The notes under the pieces: generated by a model
The model's input: only the letters and a program-made list of their open reading frames with translations
The model's database searches: none
Told to the model about the DNA's origin: nothing
Shown here: in pieces, positions 10,182 through 18,475 of the stretch
Layout of the letters: every line of letters begins with the position of its first letter
How positions within the stretch are numbered: the stretch's first letter is position 1
Translations under genes and position numbers: made by a program
Assembly: GCA_045637825.1 (NCBI GenBank)
Contig: JAZUAD010000024.1
Location: 1-60,201, forward strand
Source: Candidatus Onthoplasma sp.
GTDB lineage: Bacteria; Bacillota; Clostridia; Christensenellales; UBA1242
DNA: 60,201 nt
Reading direction: 5' to 3'

Positions 10182-11087
10182 GTGATTATGGAATATTTAA
10201 AATCAAGCAATAAAATAGTAATAAAAGACCTAACTCAGTTTAACATTAATCAAATTTTAGATTGTGGTCAAATTTTTAGATATTTTATTAATAGCAATAT
10301 GGCTGAAGTGGTTAGCAAAAACAATTATGCGTTAATTACAACCTTTGAGGATAGGGTGGAAATAGAAAGCGAAAATTTGCAATACTTTGAGCGTTTTTTT
10401 GACTTAAATAGAGATTACAACAAAATAAAAAATCAACTAAAAAATGACAAATTTTTAAGTCCTTGCATCAACTATGGTTATGGTATAAGGATATTAAATC
10501 AAGACCTGTTTGAAATGCTGATTAGTTTTATCATATCGGCAAATAATAATATTAAACGCATAAAAAATTCACTTAATGCACTAAGCAAAAAATTTGGAAC
10601 TTCTACAAAACTAAAAAGCTTGAATAATATACCTGATAGTCCCTTAACTGAAAAGATTGGAGATAGCGTTAAGTATTATGCTTTTCCTACTTTGGAGCAG
10701 TTAAAAAAGGCAACAGTTAGCGACTATGTTGAGGCAGGGCTAGGGTATAGGGCGGATTATATGTATGAAACTATACAAAAACTTACTGAAAAAGATTTGA
10801 TAGACTTTGTAAATTTAACCGATGAAGAGCAATACAAGTATTTGGTGTCTCTAAAGGGTGTGGGCGAAAAAGTAGCACATTGCATATTGCTATTTGCAGG
10901 GCATAAAACTTCAGTTTTTCCAGTAGATACTTGGATAAATAAGGTGTATAATGATTTGACTGGTTGTGTGTCGGTTAACCGAAAGCAAATTAGTCAAAGC
11001 TTAAGTGCAAAATATGGTCAACTTTCGGGCTATGCACAGCAATATTTTTTCTACTACTATAGAGAAAACTATAAAGTTATTAAATAA
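10182..11087 (+). CDS. 8-oxoguanine DNA glycosylase (HhH-GPD superfamily)
   Basis: LDCGQIFR, ISFIISANNNIKRI, GLGYRA, KGVGEKVAHC, FPVDTW and GYAQQYFF motifs; start may be ATG 10188. Confidence 0.9.
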   Translation: MIMEYLKSSNKIVIKDLTQFNINQILDCGQIFRYFINSNMAEVVSKNNYALITTFEDRVEIESENLQYFERFFDLNRDYNKIKNQLKNDKFLSPCINYGYGIRILNQDLFEMLISFIISANNNIKRIKNSLNALSKKFGTSTKLKSLNNIPDSPLTEKIGDSVKYYAFPTLEQLKKATVSDYVEAGLGYRADYMYETIQKLTEKDLIDFVNLTDEEQYKYLVSLKGVGEKVAHCILLFAGHKTSVFPVDTWINKVYNDLTGCVSVNRKQISQSLSAKYGQLSGYAQQYFFYYYRENYKVIK

Positions 11088-11121
11088 ATTAATAAAAATG
11101 TCAAAAAATGTTGTAAAAGTT

Positions 11122-11153
11122 TTGACATTTTTTGTTTAATAGTGGTATACTAA
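11122..11153 (+). promoter_or_regulatory. sigma-A-type promoter of BspA-like gene 2 (TTGACA-N18-TATACT)
   Basis: TTGACA at 11122-11127; TAGTGGTATACTAA with TATACT at 11146-11151. Confidence 0.75.
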
Positions 11154-11184
11154 ATGTGAATAGATACATAAAAGGGGATATTTT

Positions 11185-14100
11185 ATGACTAAGATGAAAA
11201 AATTAATGTTAAGTTTAACCATAGCATTTACAATGGCTATTGCTTTTGTAGTTGGTTTTGTTGGACTTAAAGATAAGGGCTATACCAATACTCCAGCGCA
11301 AGAGATGGGAGAGGTGAGTAAACCCACTACTCGTACCTATCTTCCAGGCGAGGTGGAGTTTGTACAATGTGCTCAAGGTCAAGGAATTAATTATAGTTAT
11401 ACCCCAGATGTAAATGCTAAAAATGGCACAGTTAAGGCGTATGAATATTGTTTTACTAATGTGGCTGATGAAACTATGGCAATTAACCTAAAGTCGATTG
11501 ATAAAACAGGTGTAAATGTAAACTATGCTGTTAGCGAAACCAAATTAACCGATAAATCTACTATTACCGGTTCTGAGGTTTTAGGTTTGCAAAAACTTTC
11601 TTCAAAGGGTAGTGTAAAATACATATACGTTTTGGTTGAGCCAACCGATGTTGAAATTCCAGTAACTTTTACAACTAGCGTTGTTTGGTATCTAGGTAAA
11701 CCTGGCACAATTTCAATATATAATCCTGACACAAATAGAGTAACCACTCAAGAAATTGTTAAGGGGCAAGAAGTGGAAGGAACAATCACAGCTCCTACAC
11801 CATCAGCGGGCTATACATTCTCGGGTTGGTATTTGGATAAGGAATGTACAATTCCAGTTCCAGAGGGTTATAGAACTCAAGGTCAACCATTGTTCCCTAA
11901 GTTTGCAGTTGACGGCAACTTGCCTAGCGATTGGATTGCTTGGGACGAGGCATCTAGCAGTTACAAGATGATTGACCCGTATGGTTATTATGCTCCATCT
12001 TCTCATGCGTATTATACAACTAATCCAGGACCTTTTAGTGATTTGCCTGATGAATTGGTTATTCCTCATATTTATAATGATGGTGTGCATGGCGAAGCTC
12101 CAGTAACTGCTATTCCTAATGGTATAGAATATGAAAGTGCATTAATTGTATACAAATCAATATTTGCTTTAAAAGGAACCAATGTAACTAGCATTACAAT
12201 ACCTAGTAGTGTAACAAATATTCCTAATGGTGCGTTTATGGACGCAAATATTACAACATTTAATCTTCCTAATACTATTAAAACTGTTGGTGTAGATGCC
12301 TTTGATGAAAATACTAATTATGTAACTTACAATGGTGCTAAATATATTGGTAGTACGTCTAATCCATATATGATTTTGTTAGAAGACAAAAATTCCTCAA
12401 CTGCCAATATCCATACTAATACTAGGGCTATAGCAGGCAAGGCCTTTGCTGAAAATCATAATTTGAACAGAGTTAATTTCCCTCAAGGATTAGTATCTAT
12501 AGGTGATTATGCTTTCTATTATTGCGATGGTTTAACTTCGGCAGATTTATCTGCATGTGCTAGTTTGGAAATTATTGGAGATTGTGCTTTTGAAGGATCT
12601 GTAATATCTAGCGTTACTATTACATCTAGCGTTACAACAATAGGCAATAGCGCATTCCAAACACTAACTTCACTAAACTCAGTTGATTTTAATAATGCAT
12701 CTAGTTTGGTTAATGTTGGTGACAGTGTGTTTTATTCACAAGACTTAAATGGTACTATAGACCTTAGCGGTTGTACTAGTTTAACTTATATACCAAGAGG
12801 TATGTTTGATCAAAATGTTGCAATATCTGGAATTGTATTACCTAGTAACATTACATCAATAGGAGCGAATGCGTTTAGAGACTGCTCAAGTTTAACAAGT
12901 GTTGTTATTCCTGATAGCGTTATAACTATTGGTGATAATGCGTTTGCTGATTCTGGATTGCAAAATATTACATTGTCTCAAAATTTAACAAGTATAGGAA
13001 ATAGTGCTTTTAGTTATACATCATTGGCTAGTTTAACTATTCCTAACAAAGTAGAAAAGATTGGACAATATGCGTTCGAGAGTGCTGGAATTACTTCACT
13101 TACATTAAATGGTGCTTGGTATCGTACTACTAGCCAAAATGACTGGAATAATATGCAAAATGGTACCGAAACAGATGTAAGTAATGCTACTACCACAGCA
13201 ACACTTTTGACTTCTACTTATAGCAACTGCTATTGGTATCGTAAGGACCCAGAGGGTAATCTACCTAGTGATTGGATAGCTTGGGACGAGGATAGTAGCA
13301 GTTACCATATGATAGACCCTTATGGAACATATGTGTATTTTGATGAAGAGAATTGGATGAATGAAACCATTGTTGCAAATCCAGGGCCATTTAGTGCTTT
13401 ACCTAATGATTTGATTATTCCTGCATTTTATGATGATGGAACTCATGGCGAAGCTCCTATTACCCAAATACCTGCAGGTATTGCAAATATGGATACAGGA
13501 CTGGTTTGGGAGTCAATATTGCCTAGTAATCTTACTAGTATAGTTGTACCATATACAGTTACATCAATTCCAGATATGGCATTTGCAGGTTTATCTAAAC
13601 TAAAAACTGTAACTTTACCTAATACAATTACAAGTTTTGGTGATTATTCGTTCTACTGCTCTGGGGTAACTACAGTAAATTTCCCAACTAGTTTGACGCA
13701 TTTTGGTGAAGAGGTTTTCTGGTGTTCCTATTTAACAACCGCAGATTTAAGTGGTTGTACAGGTTTACAAACCATTCCATATCATACTTTTTCTGATTGT
13801 TCTTTAACTAGTGTGTCATTACCCGAAGGGTTAATTTCAATTGGAAGTTCTGCTTTTTATTGTAATCAAAGTTTATCATCAGTTTCGTTACCAAGTACAT
13901 TAATATCTATCGGAAGTTCTGCTTTTGAAGTGTGTGAATCATTAACTGGAATAACTTTGCCAGAAGGCTTAAAAACTATAGAAAGTAGTGCATTTTCTGC
14001 AACAGGATTAACAACTATAACGTTGCCAGATAGTTTAATCTCTTTAGGTTCAGGAGCTTTTGACGGAACGAGCATATCATATAATACTTTCTATAATGCA

Positions 14101-15228
14101 TACTATTTACCAAGCAATACAAACCCTGACTTTGCATTAATAAAAGCAATTAGCACTGATATAACAGACTGTCCAATATCTGAGGATACAAAAGTTATTG
14201 CCGGTGGAGCTTTTTCTGGTTGTACTAATTTGTCAAACATAACTCTTCCTGGCTCAATAACATCAATTGAGAGTAGTACTTTTTCTAATTGTAAATCATT
14301 AACTAGTATAATAATACCTAGCTCTGTTACTAGTATAGGTAGTTCTGCCTTTTATGGTTGTGAAGCATTGAGGTCAGTAACTTTTAGTCCTAATATTGAA
14401 TCTTTAGGTTCTTCGGCTTTTGGTAGTTGTTATGCACTTACCTATATTGATTTAAGTTCGTGTACTAAATTAACTACTTTGCCTCAAAGTGTGTTTAATA
14501 GAACTTATTCTCTAATTTCTGTAGAATTGCCAGAAACTATTACCAAAATTGACTCAGGGGCTTTTGAATACTCAGGTGTTATGACAATTATTTTACCAAG
14601 CAGTTTAACATCAATAAATAGCAGAGCATTTGACTATTGTTATAGATTAGTAGAGGTATATAATTTGTCAAATGTATCCATATCAAATGGAAGTAATATT
14701 GGAAGAGATGTAATACTTAAAGGTTTGTATACTAACTTAAATACTACAAGTAAAATACAAACAATAAATAATATGCAATATTATGTAGATGGAACTGATT
14801 TTATTGCTCTTGGTTTGGCTGATACTACAATTACTAGTATTACATTAGATAGCAGAACTACAGCAATTCATAGATATGCATTTTATATTAATAAAAAGTT
14901 AAGTAGTGTTAATTTAACTAATTGTACCTCTTTGAAATCCATTGGATATTATTCATTTGGTGCTTGTAGTGCTTTAACCTCTATTACAATTCCTGCTAGT
15001 GTTAAAACTATCGGTAGAAATGCTTTTAGTAGTTCCGGATTAACTAGTGTTACATTTAAGCAAACTAGTGGTTGGTATCGTACAACCTCAGCAACATCTG
15101 CAGGTTCATCACTTACTGTGTCTAATGCCAGCACGGCTGCGACTTATCTAAAAACTACATATTCTACTAGTTTCTGGTATAATACTAATGCTGGTGGAAG
15201 TTATCGTGATTATCAGTATCAATACTAA
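11185..15228 (+). CDS. BspA-like LRR_5 surface protein, paralogue 2 (two tandem head-LRR-cap modules)
   Basis: Same N-terminal anchor and domain as 149; NLPSDWIAWD occurs twice; many LPxxLxSIGxxAF repeats; C-terminal TSGWY...FWYNTNAGG cap. Confidence 0.88.
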   Translation: MTKMKKLMLSLTIAFTMAIAFVVGFVGLKDKGYTNTPAQEMGEVSKPTTRTYLPGEVEFVQCAQGQGINYSYTPDVNAKNGTVKAYEYCFTNVADETMAINLKSIDKTGVNVNYAVSETKLTDKSTITGSEVLGLQKLSSKGSVKYIYVLVEPTDVEIPVTFTTSVVWYLGKPGTISIYNPDTNRVTTQEIVKGQEVEGTITAPTPSAGYTFSGWYLDKECTIPVPEGYRTQGQPLFPKFAVDGNLPSDWIAWDEASSSYKMIDPYGYYAPSSHAYYTTNPGPFSDLPDELVIPHIYNDGVHGEAPVTAIPNGIEYESALIVYKSIFALKGTNVTSITIPSSVTNIPNGAFMDANITTFNLPNTIKTVGVDAFDENTNYVTYNGAKYIGSTSNPYMILLEDKNSSTANIHTNTRAIAGKAFAENHNLNRVNFPQGLVSIGDYAFYYCDGLTSADLSACASLEIIGDCAFEGSVISSVTITSSVTTIGNSAFQTLTSLNSVDFNNASSLVNVGDSVFYSQDLNGTIDLSGCTSLTYIPRGMFDQNVAISGIVLPSNITSIGANAFRDCSSLTSVVIPDSVITIGDNAFADSGLQNITLSQNLTSIGNSAFSYTSLASLTIPNKVEKIGQYAFESAGITSLTLNGAWYRTTSQNDWNNMQNGTETDVSNATTTATLLTSTYSNCYWYRKDPEGNLPSDWIAWDEDSSSYHMIDPYGTYVYFDEENWMNETIVANPGPFSALPNDLIIPAFYDDGTHGEAPITQIPAGIANMDTGLVWESILPSNLTSIVVPYTVTSIPDMAFAGLSKLKTVTLPNTITSFGDYSFYCSGVTTVNFPTSLTHFGEEVFWCSYLTTADLSGCTGLQTIPYHTFSDCSLTSVSLPEGLISIGSSAFYCNQSLSSVSLPSTLISIGSSAFEVCESLTGITLPEGLKTIESSAFSATGLTTITLPDSLISLGSGAFDGTSISYNTFYNAYYLPSNTNPDFALIKAISTDITDCPISEDTKVIAGGAFSGCTNLSNITLPGSITSIESSTFSNCKSLTSIIIPSSVTSIGSSAFYGCEALRSVTFSPNIESLGSSAFGSCYALTYIDLSSCTKLTTLPQSVFNRTYSLISVELPETITKIDSGAFEYSGVMTIILPSSLTSINSRAFDYCYRLVEVYNLSNVSISNGSNIGRDVILKGLYTNLNTTSKIQTINNMQYYVDGTDFIALGLADTTITSITLDSRTTAIHRYAFYINKKLSSVNLTNCTSLKSIGYYSFGACSALTSITIPASVKTIGRNAFSSSGLTSVTFKQTSGWYRTTSATSAGSSLTVSNASTAATYLKTTYSTSFWYNTNAGGSYRDYQYQY

Positions 15229-15253
15229 TATGAAAAATAAACAATAATTTACT

Positions 15254-15291
15254 AAAAACCAAGTTACATTAAGTTGTAATTTGGTTTTTTT
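15254..15291 (+). terminator. Rho-independent terminator
   Basis: AAAAACCAAGTTACA...TGTAATTTGGTTTTTTT hairpin. Confidence 0.8.
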
Positions 15292-15447
15292 GTACAATAA
15301 AATTCACATGCGTTATATCTACTGCGCAAATAAATTTGATATACTTGGTATGATAATATAGGGGGTTGATTTACTTTTTAAAGGCATTAATGCGGAGTGA
15401 TTGTCATATTAGTATATATTAGGTAAGATTTAGGGTGGTATATACTA

Positions 15448-16413
15448 GTGTTTTGTGAGGTGTTGTTTATAATTAGTGCTATTATTGGGGTTGGGTTTGC
15501 TACTGGGGCGGAGATTGCGCACTTTTTTAATAGCGGAAATAGTATTGTGGTTGCGGTTATTGTGTTTTTTGTTGTGTTTGTGGGGCTTAGTTGGTTTTTC
15601 CTGCACATTAAGTATAGGCACAATATTAGCAATCTAAATCAGTTAAACCAGCTTGCCTTTGGAAAAGGTTATTATATAGGAAATATCTTATTGATACTAC
15701 TATTTATAATCACCAGCTCGGCAATGCTAGCAGGGGGTGATAACTTAGTGCGTATATATCTAGGATTTAAGGTACCTTTTACATCGTTGTTTTTGAGCAC
15801 TATAACCTTTTTTATAGTATTGGGAGGGCTTGGACGGATTAAATATATTGCTAATATTATTATGCCTATAATAATTATTGTAATTATTATCAATGCAGGG
15901 CTTAATTTTAATACAAAGCTAGCATTACAAGGCAATGGTTTAATAGATATAATCTATCCTATAATATTTTGTTGTGAAAATTTTATTACCTTGATAGCAG
16001 TATTGCTTACAACAAAAGCAAAATCTAAAATTTTAAGTTTTACTAGCGGGTTTATTATAAGCATTATAATACTATTAGCTGCCTTTGCAATAGGTGACTC
16101 AAGTCATAGTATGCCTATGCTAAGCATTAGTAAAAACTTGGGTAATATGTTTTTTTCAATATACATATTGAGTGTGATTTTTGCCTTGTTTACCACCTTG
16201 GAAATTAGCACGCATAGTTGCCTTCAAATTGTATCGACTGCACATAAAAATAGATATTTTTCCTTGCTTATTCTACTACTGGTGTGCCAAATAATTGCCT
16301 ATCTTGGTTTTAATTTTATAGTTAGATATCTTTATACTGCAGTTGGAATTTTGGGTGCAATATATTTAATAGTATTAATAATTAGATTAATGGTAATTAA
16401 TGCGAAAAAATAA
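15448..16413 (+). CDS. YkvI-like multi-pass membrane protein
   Basis: IIGVGFATGAEIAHFF N-terminal motif typical of YkvI; about 10 TM segments. Confidence 0.7.
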   Translation: MFCEVLFIISAIIGVGFATGAEIAHFFNSGNSIVVAVIVFFVVFVGLSWFFLHIKYRHNISNLNQLNQLAFGKGYYIGNILLILLFIITSSAMLAGGDNLVRIYLGFKVPFTSLFLSTITFFIVLGGLGRIKYIANIIMPIIIIVIIINAGLNFNTKLALQGNGLIDIIYPIIFCCENFITLIAVLLTTKAKSKILSFTSGFIISIIILLAAFAIGDSSHSMPMLSISKNLGNMFFSIYILSVIFALFTTLEISTHSCLQIVSTAHKNRYFSLLILLLVCQIIAYLGFNFIVRYLYTAVGILGAIYLIVLIIRLMVINAKK

Positions 16414-16536
16414 TCAATATAAAAACACTTGAAATACATCAATATTAGGATATGTTATCACCTCTATTGGAGTGTCTAGGCGTGAAATTTTAACACAATT
16501 ACATCTGCAGGTTCTATATACAAATCTGGTAATCAT
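16414..16536 (-). CDS. small Cys-rich protein (40 aa, MITRFVYRTCRCNCVKISRLDTPIEVITYPNIDVFQVFLY), not in the ORF track
   Basis: Hand-translated; SD AGGAGA just upstream of ATG; sigma-K-like promoter at 16553-16580; stop abuts the stop of the convergent gene. Confidence 0.6.
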   Translation of the reverse strand: MITRFVYRTCRCNCVKISRLDTPIEVITYPNIDVFQVFLY

Positions 16537-16552
16537 AATATTCTCCTACACC

Positions 16553-16580
16553 ATAGTATGGAGAATTTTTTTGATTGGTG
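16553..16580 (-). promoter_or_regulatory. probable sigma-K promoter (CACC-N16-CATACTAT)
   Basis: Matches the mACm-N16-CATAnnnT consensus with exact spacing. Confidence 0.55.
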
Positions 16581-16698
16581 TTAATTATATAATTCAAGAA
16601 TACAAAATAAGTCAAAAAATTTATGAGTATTTTTGATTTGCTTGCATACGATATAGTAATGGTGTTTTTTTAACACAAGTATTAAAAGGGGACTTAAA

Positions 16699-17430
16699 AT
16701 GTGGGAATTTTCACTAGCGTGTAGTAATAAAAATAAACATATATTAGATTATATTAATTCGTGCTTTTGTGCGGATTTGCCAGATTGTATGCTAACAACT
16801 TTTACCGATAATCATTTTACATATTTATTATTTGCTTGCGAGGATAATATTAAAAACTTATGCAAAGCAAAAATTAAAAAATGTATTACGACTTACATAA
16901 TTGACGAGTATAAATATCACTACTTTATAAATAAAATTTTAAAGAATAAAACACTTGTTCATCTTGCCTATATTAAGGCATTAACTTTATATGACGTGGA
17001 GTCGGATATTGCGCTATTAAATAGCGATTTGGAACTGGATAGACAATTTTATATTGATAGTTATATACATTTCAAATTAAATGACCTTGTAAGAATGTGG
17101 CAAGAATTATGTGATTTAATTATAAGTAATATAAATTATTTAAACAACAATATGATGATAGATGTTATGAAAAGTTTTATTGCTACTTTTGATACATCTT
17201 TTATTACTCTAAAAATTATCATTGAACAGGATTATTTCGTGCTTTATAAAACCGACAACACTCAAAATCCTATTAAGTTAAAAGACAAAGCACAAGACAT
17301 AGATATTATTAATTACACACTACTTTTAAACCCTAAGCATATTGAAATTTATGGAAATACTAGCGATAAATTTTCTATGATAAGTCTACTTAAATCACTA
17401 TATAATGACAAAGTGGAAGTTATGAGCTAA
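16699..17430 (+). CDS. ytxC: putative sporulation protein YtxC-like
   Basis: Located upstream of thrS as in Bacillota; IDSYIHFKL...W and LLLNPKHIEIY patterns; CATACGAT element upstream. Confidence 0.6.
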   Translation: MWEFSLACSNKNKHILDYINSCFCADLPDCMLTTFTDNHFTYLLFACEDNIKNLCKAKIKKCITTYIIDEYKYHYFINKILKNKTLVHLAYIKALTLYDVESDIALLNSDLELDRQFYIDSYIHFKLNDLVRMWQELCDLIISNINYLNNNMMIDVMKSFIATFDTSFITLKIIIEQDYFVLYKTDNTQNPIKLKDKAQDIDIINYTLLLNPKHIEIYGNTSDKFSMISLLKSLYNDKVEVMS

Positions 17431-17544
17431 TCATTAATTATGTAAATTAGAAATAAATGTGATAAATTTTTTAAAAGTGATTGACTTTTTTATTAATTGG
17501 TTTATAATATATTATGAAAGTTAAATCTTTCAGTATCTTAATAA

Positions 17545-17770
17545 ATCGTAGACTGCAGACAAGTAGATTGTTAATCAACTGTTACAGAGAGTTCCCTGCC
17601 GGCTGAGATTGGGGCATAGTATTAATAATTGAAACCACTGTATGAGATTTTGACTATAGGGAATAGTCCTAAAATTAAGTGAATTAGTCCGCTACTACGG
17701 TGGCGGTTAGTTAAATAAGGTGGAACCGCGATAATATCGTCCTTATGTTTTTGCATTGGGACGTTTTTTG
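17545..17770 (+). ncRNA. T-box riboswitch, threonine-specific (specifier ACC)
   Basis: AGTA 17562, CAGAGA 17585, GGCTGAGA 17601, GAA-ACC-A specifier (ACC at 17634-17636), T-box AAATAAGGTGGAACCGCG 17713-17730, terminator 17738-17769; TTGACT/TATAAT promoter at 17481-17508. Confidence 0.92.
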
Positions 17771-17873
17771 TTTTATTAAGTGACGTTACACTTTGTGTAG
17801 TGACGTTTGCCATGCAAGTGATGTTGAAAGAAATTTCAGTGAAATTTAAAATTAATTTTAAGGTGGAGGAATT

Positions 17874-18128
17874 ATGCATTATTCGTACAAAACTAAGGGT
17901 ACATGTAGTTTTCAAATTGATTTTGATATTGTAGATGGAAAAGTAAGTAATGTTAAGTTTTTGGGTGGCTGTAATGGCAATTTAAAGGGTATTTCAGCAC
18001 TAGTTGAAGGTATGACGCCAGAGGAAGTAATAGCAAAGTGTAAGGATATAAAATGTGGCTTTAAAGCAACCTCTTGTCCTGACCAACTGGCTCTTGCATT
18101 AACCACCGCCTTGAGCGGTACAAATTAA
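17874..18128 (+). CDS. TSCPD domain-containing protein (TIGR03905 family)
   Basis: KGTCS, GGCNGNLKGI, IKCG..TSCPDQLA motifs. Confidence 0.9.
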   Translation: MHYSYKTKGTCSFQIDFDIVDGKVSNVKFLGGCNGNLKGISALVEGMTPEEVIAKCKDIKCGFKATSCPDQLALALTTALSGTN

Positions 18129-18136
18129 GGAATAGT

Positions 18137-18454
18137 ATGAGTTACGGAAAATTGGTAAGGGATAGAATAGTTGATATTATAATTGCTAATGGCGAAACAC
18201 CTAAATATCATACTTTAAATGATAAGGAGTATTTAAAGGAATTGCATAAAAAGTTGCTAGAAGAGGCAAACGAATTTGTTGAAAACGATGACCCTGAGGA
18301 ATTAGCCGATTTGCTGGAAGTGATATATGCAATAGCTAAGCATAAAAATATTGATTTGACGCAAGTAGAACAAATTAGAATAAAAAAGAGTGAAAAGCGT
18401 GGCGGTTTTGAAGATAGAATTTATCTTGAAACCGTTGAAGAATTAAAAAAATAA
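18137..18454 (+). CDS. MazG-like / phosphoribosyl-ATP pyrophosphohydrolase-like nucleotide pyrophosphohydrolase
   Basis: KLVRDRI, KLLEEANE, EELADLLEV and K..KRGGF motifs. Confidence 0.85.
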   Translation: MSYGKLVRDRIVDIIIANGETPKYHTLNDKEYLKELHKKLLEEANEFVENDDPEELADLLEVIYAIAKHKNIDLTQVEQIRIKKSEKRGGFEDRIYLETVEELKK

Positions 18455-18475
18455 AATTTAAGGGAGAATAAAAAA

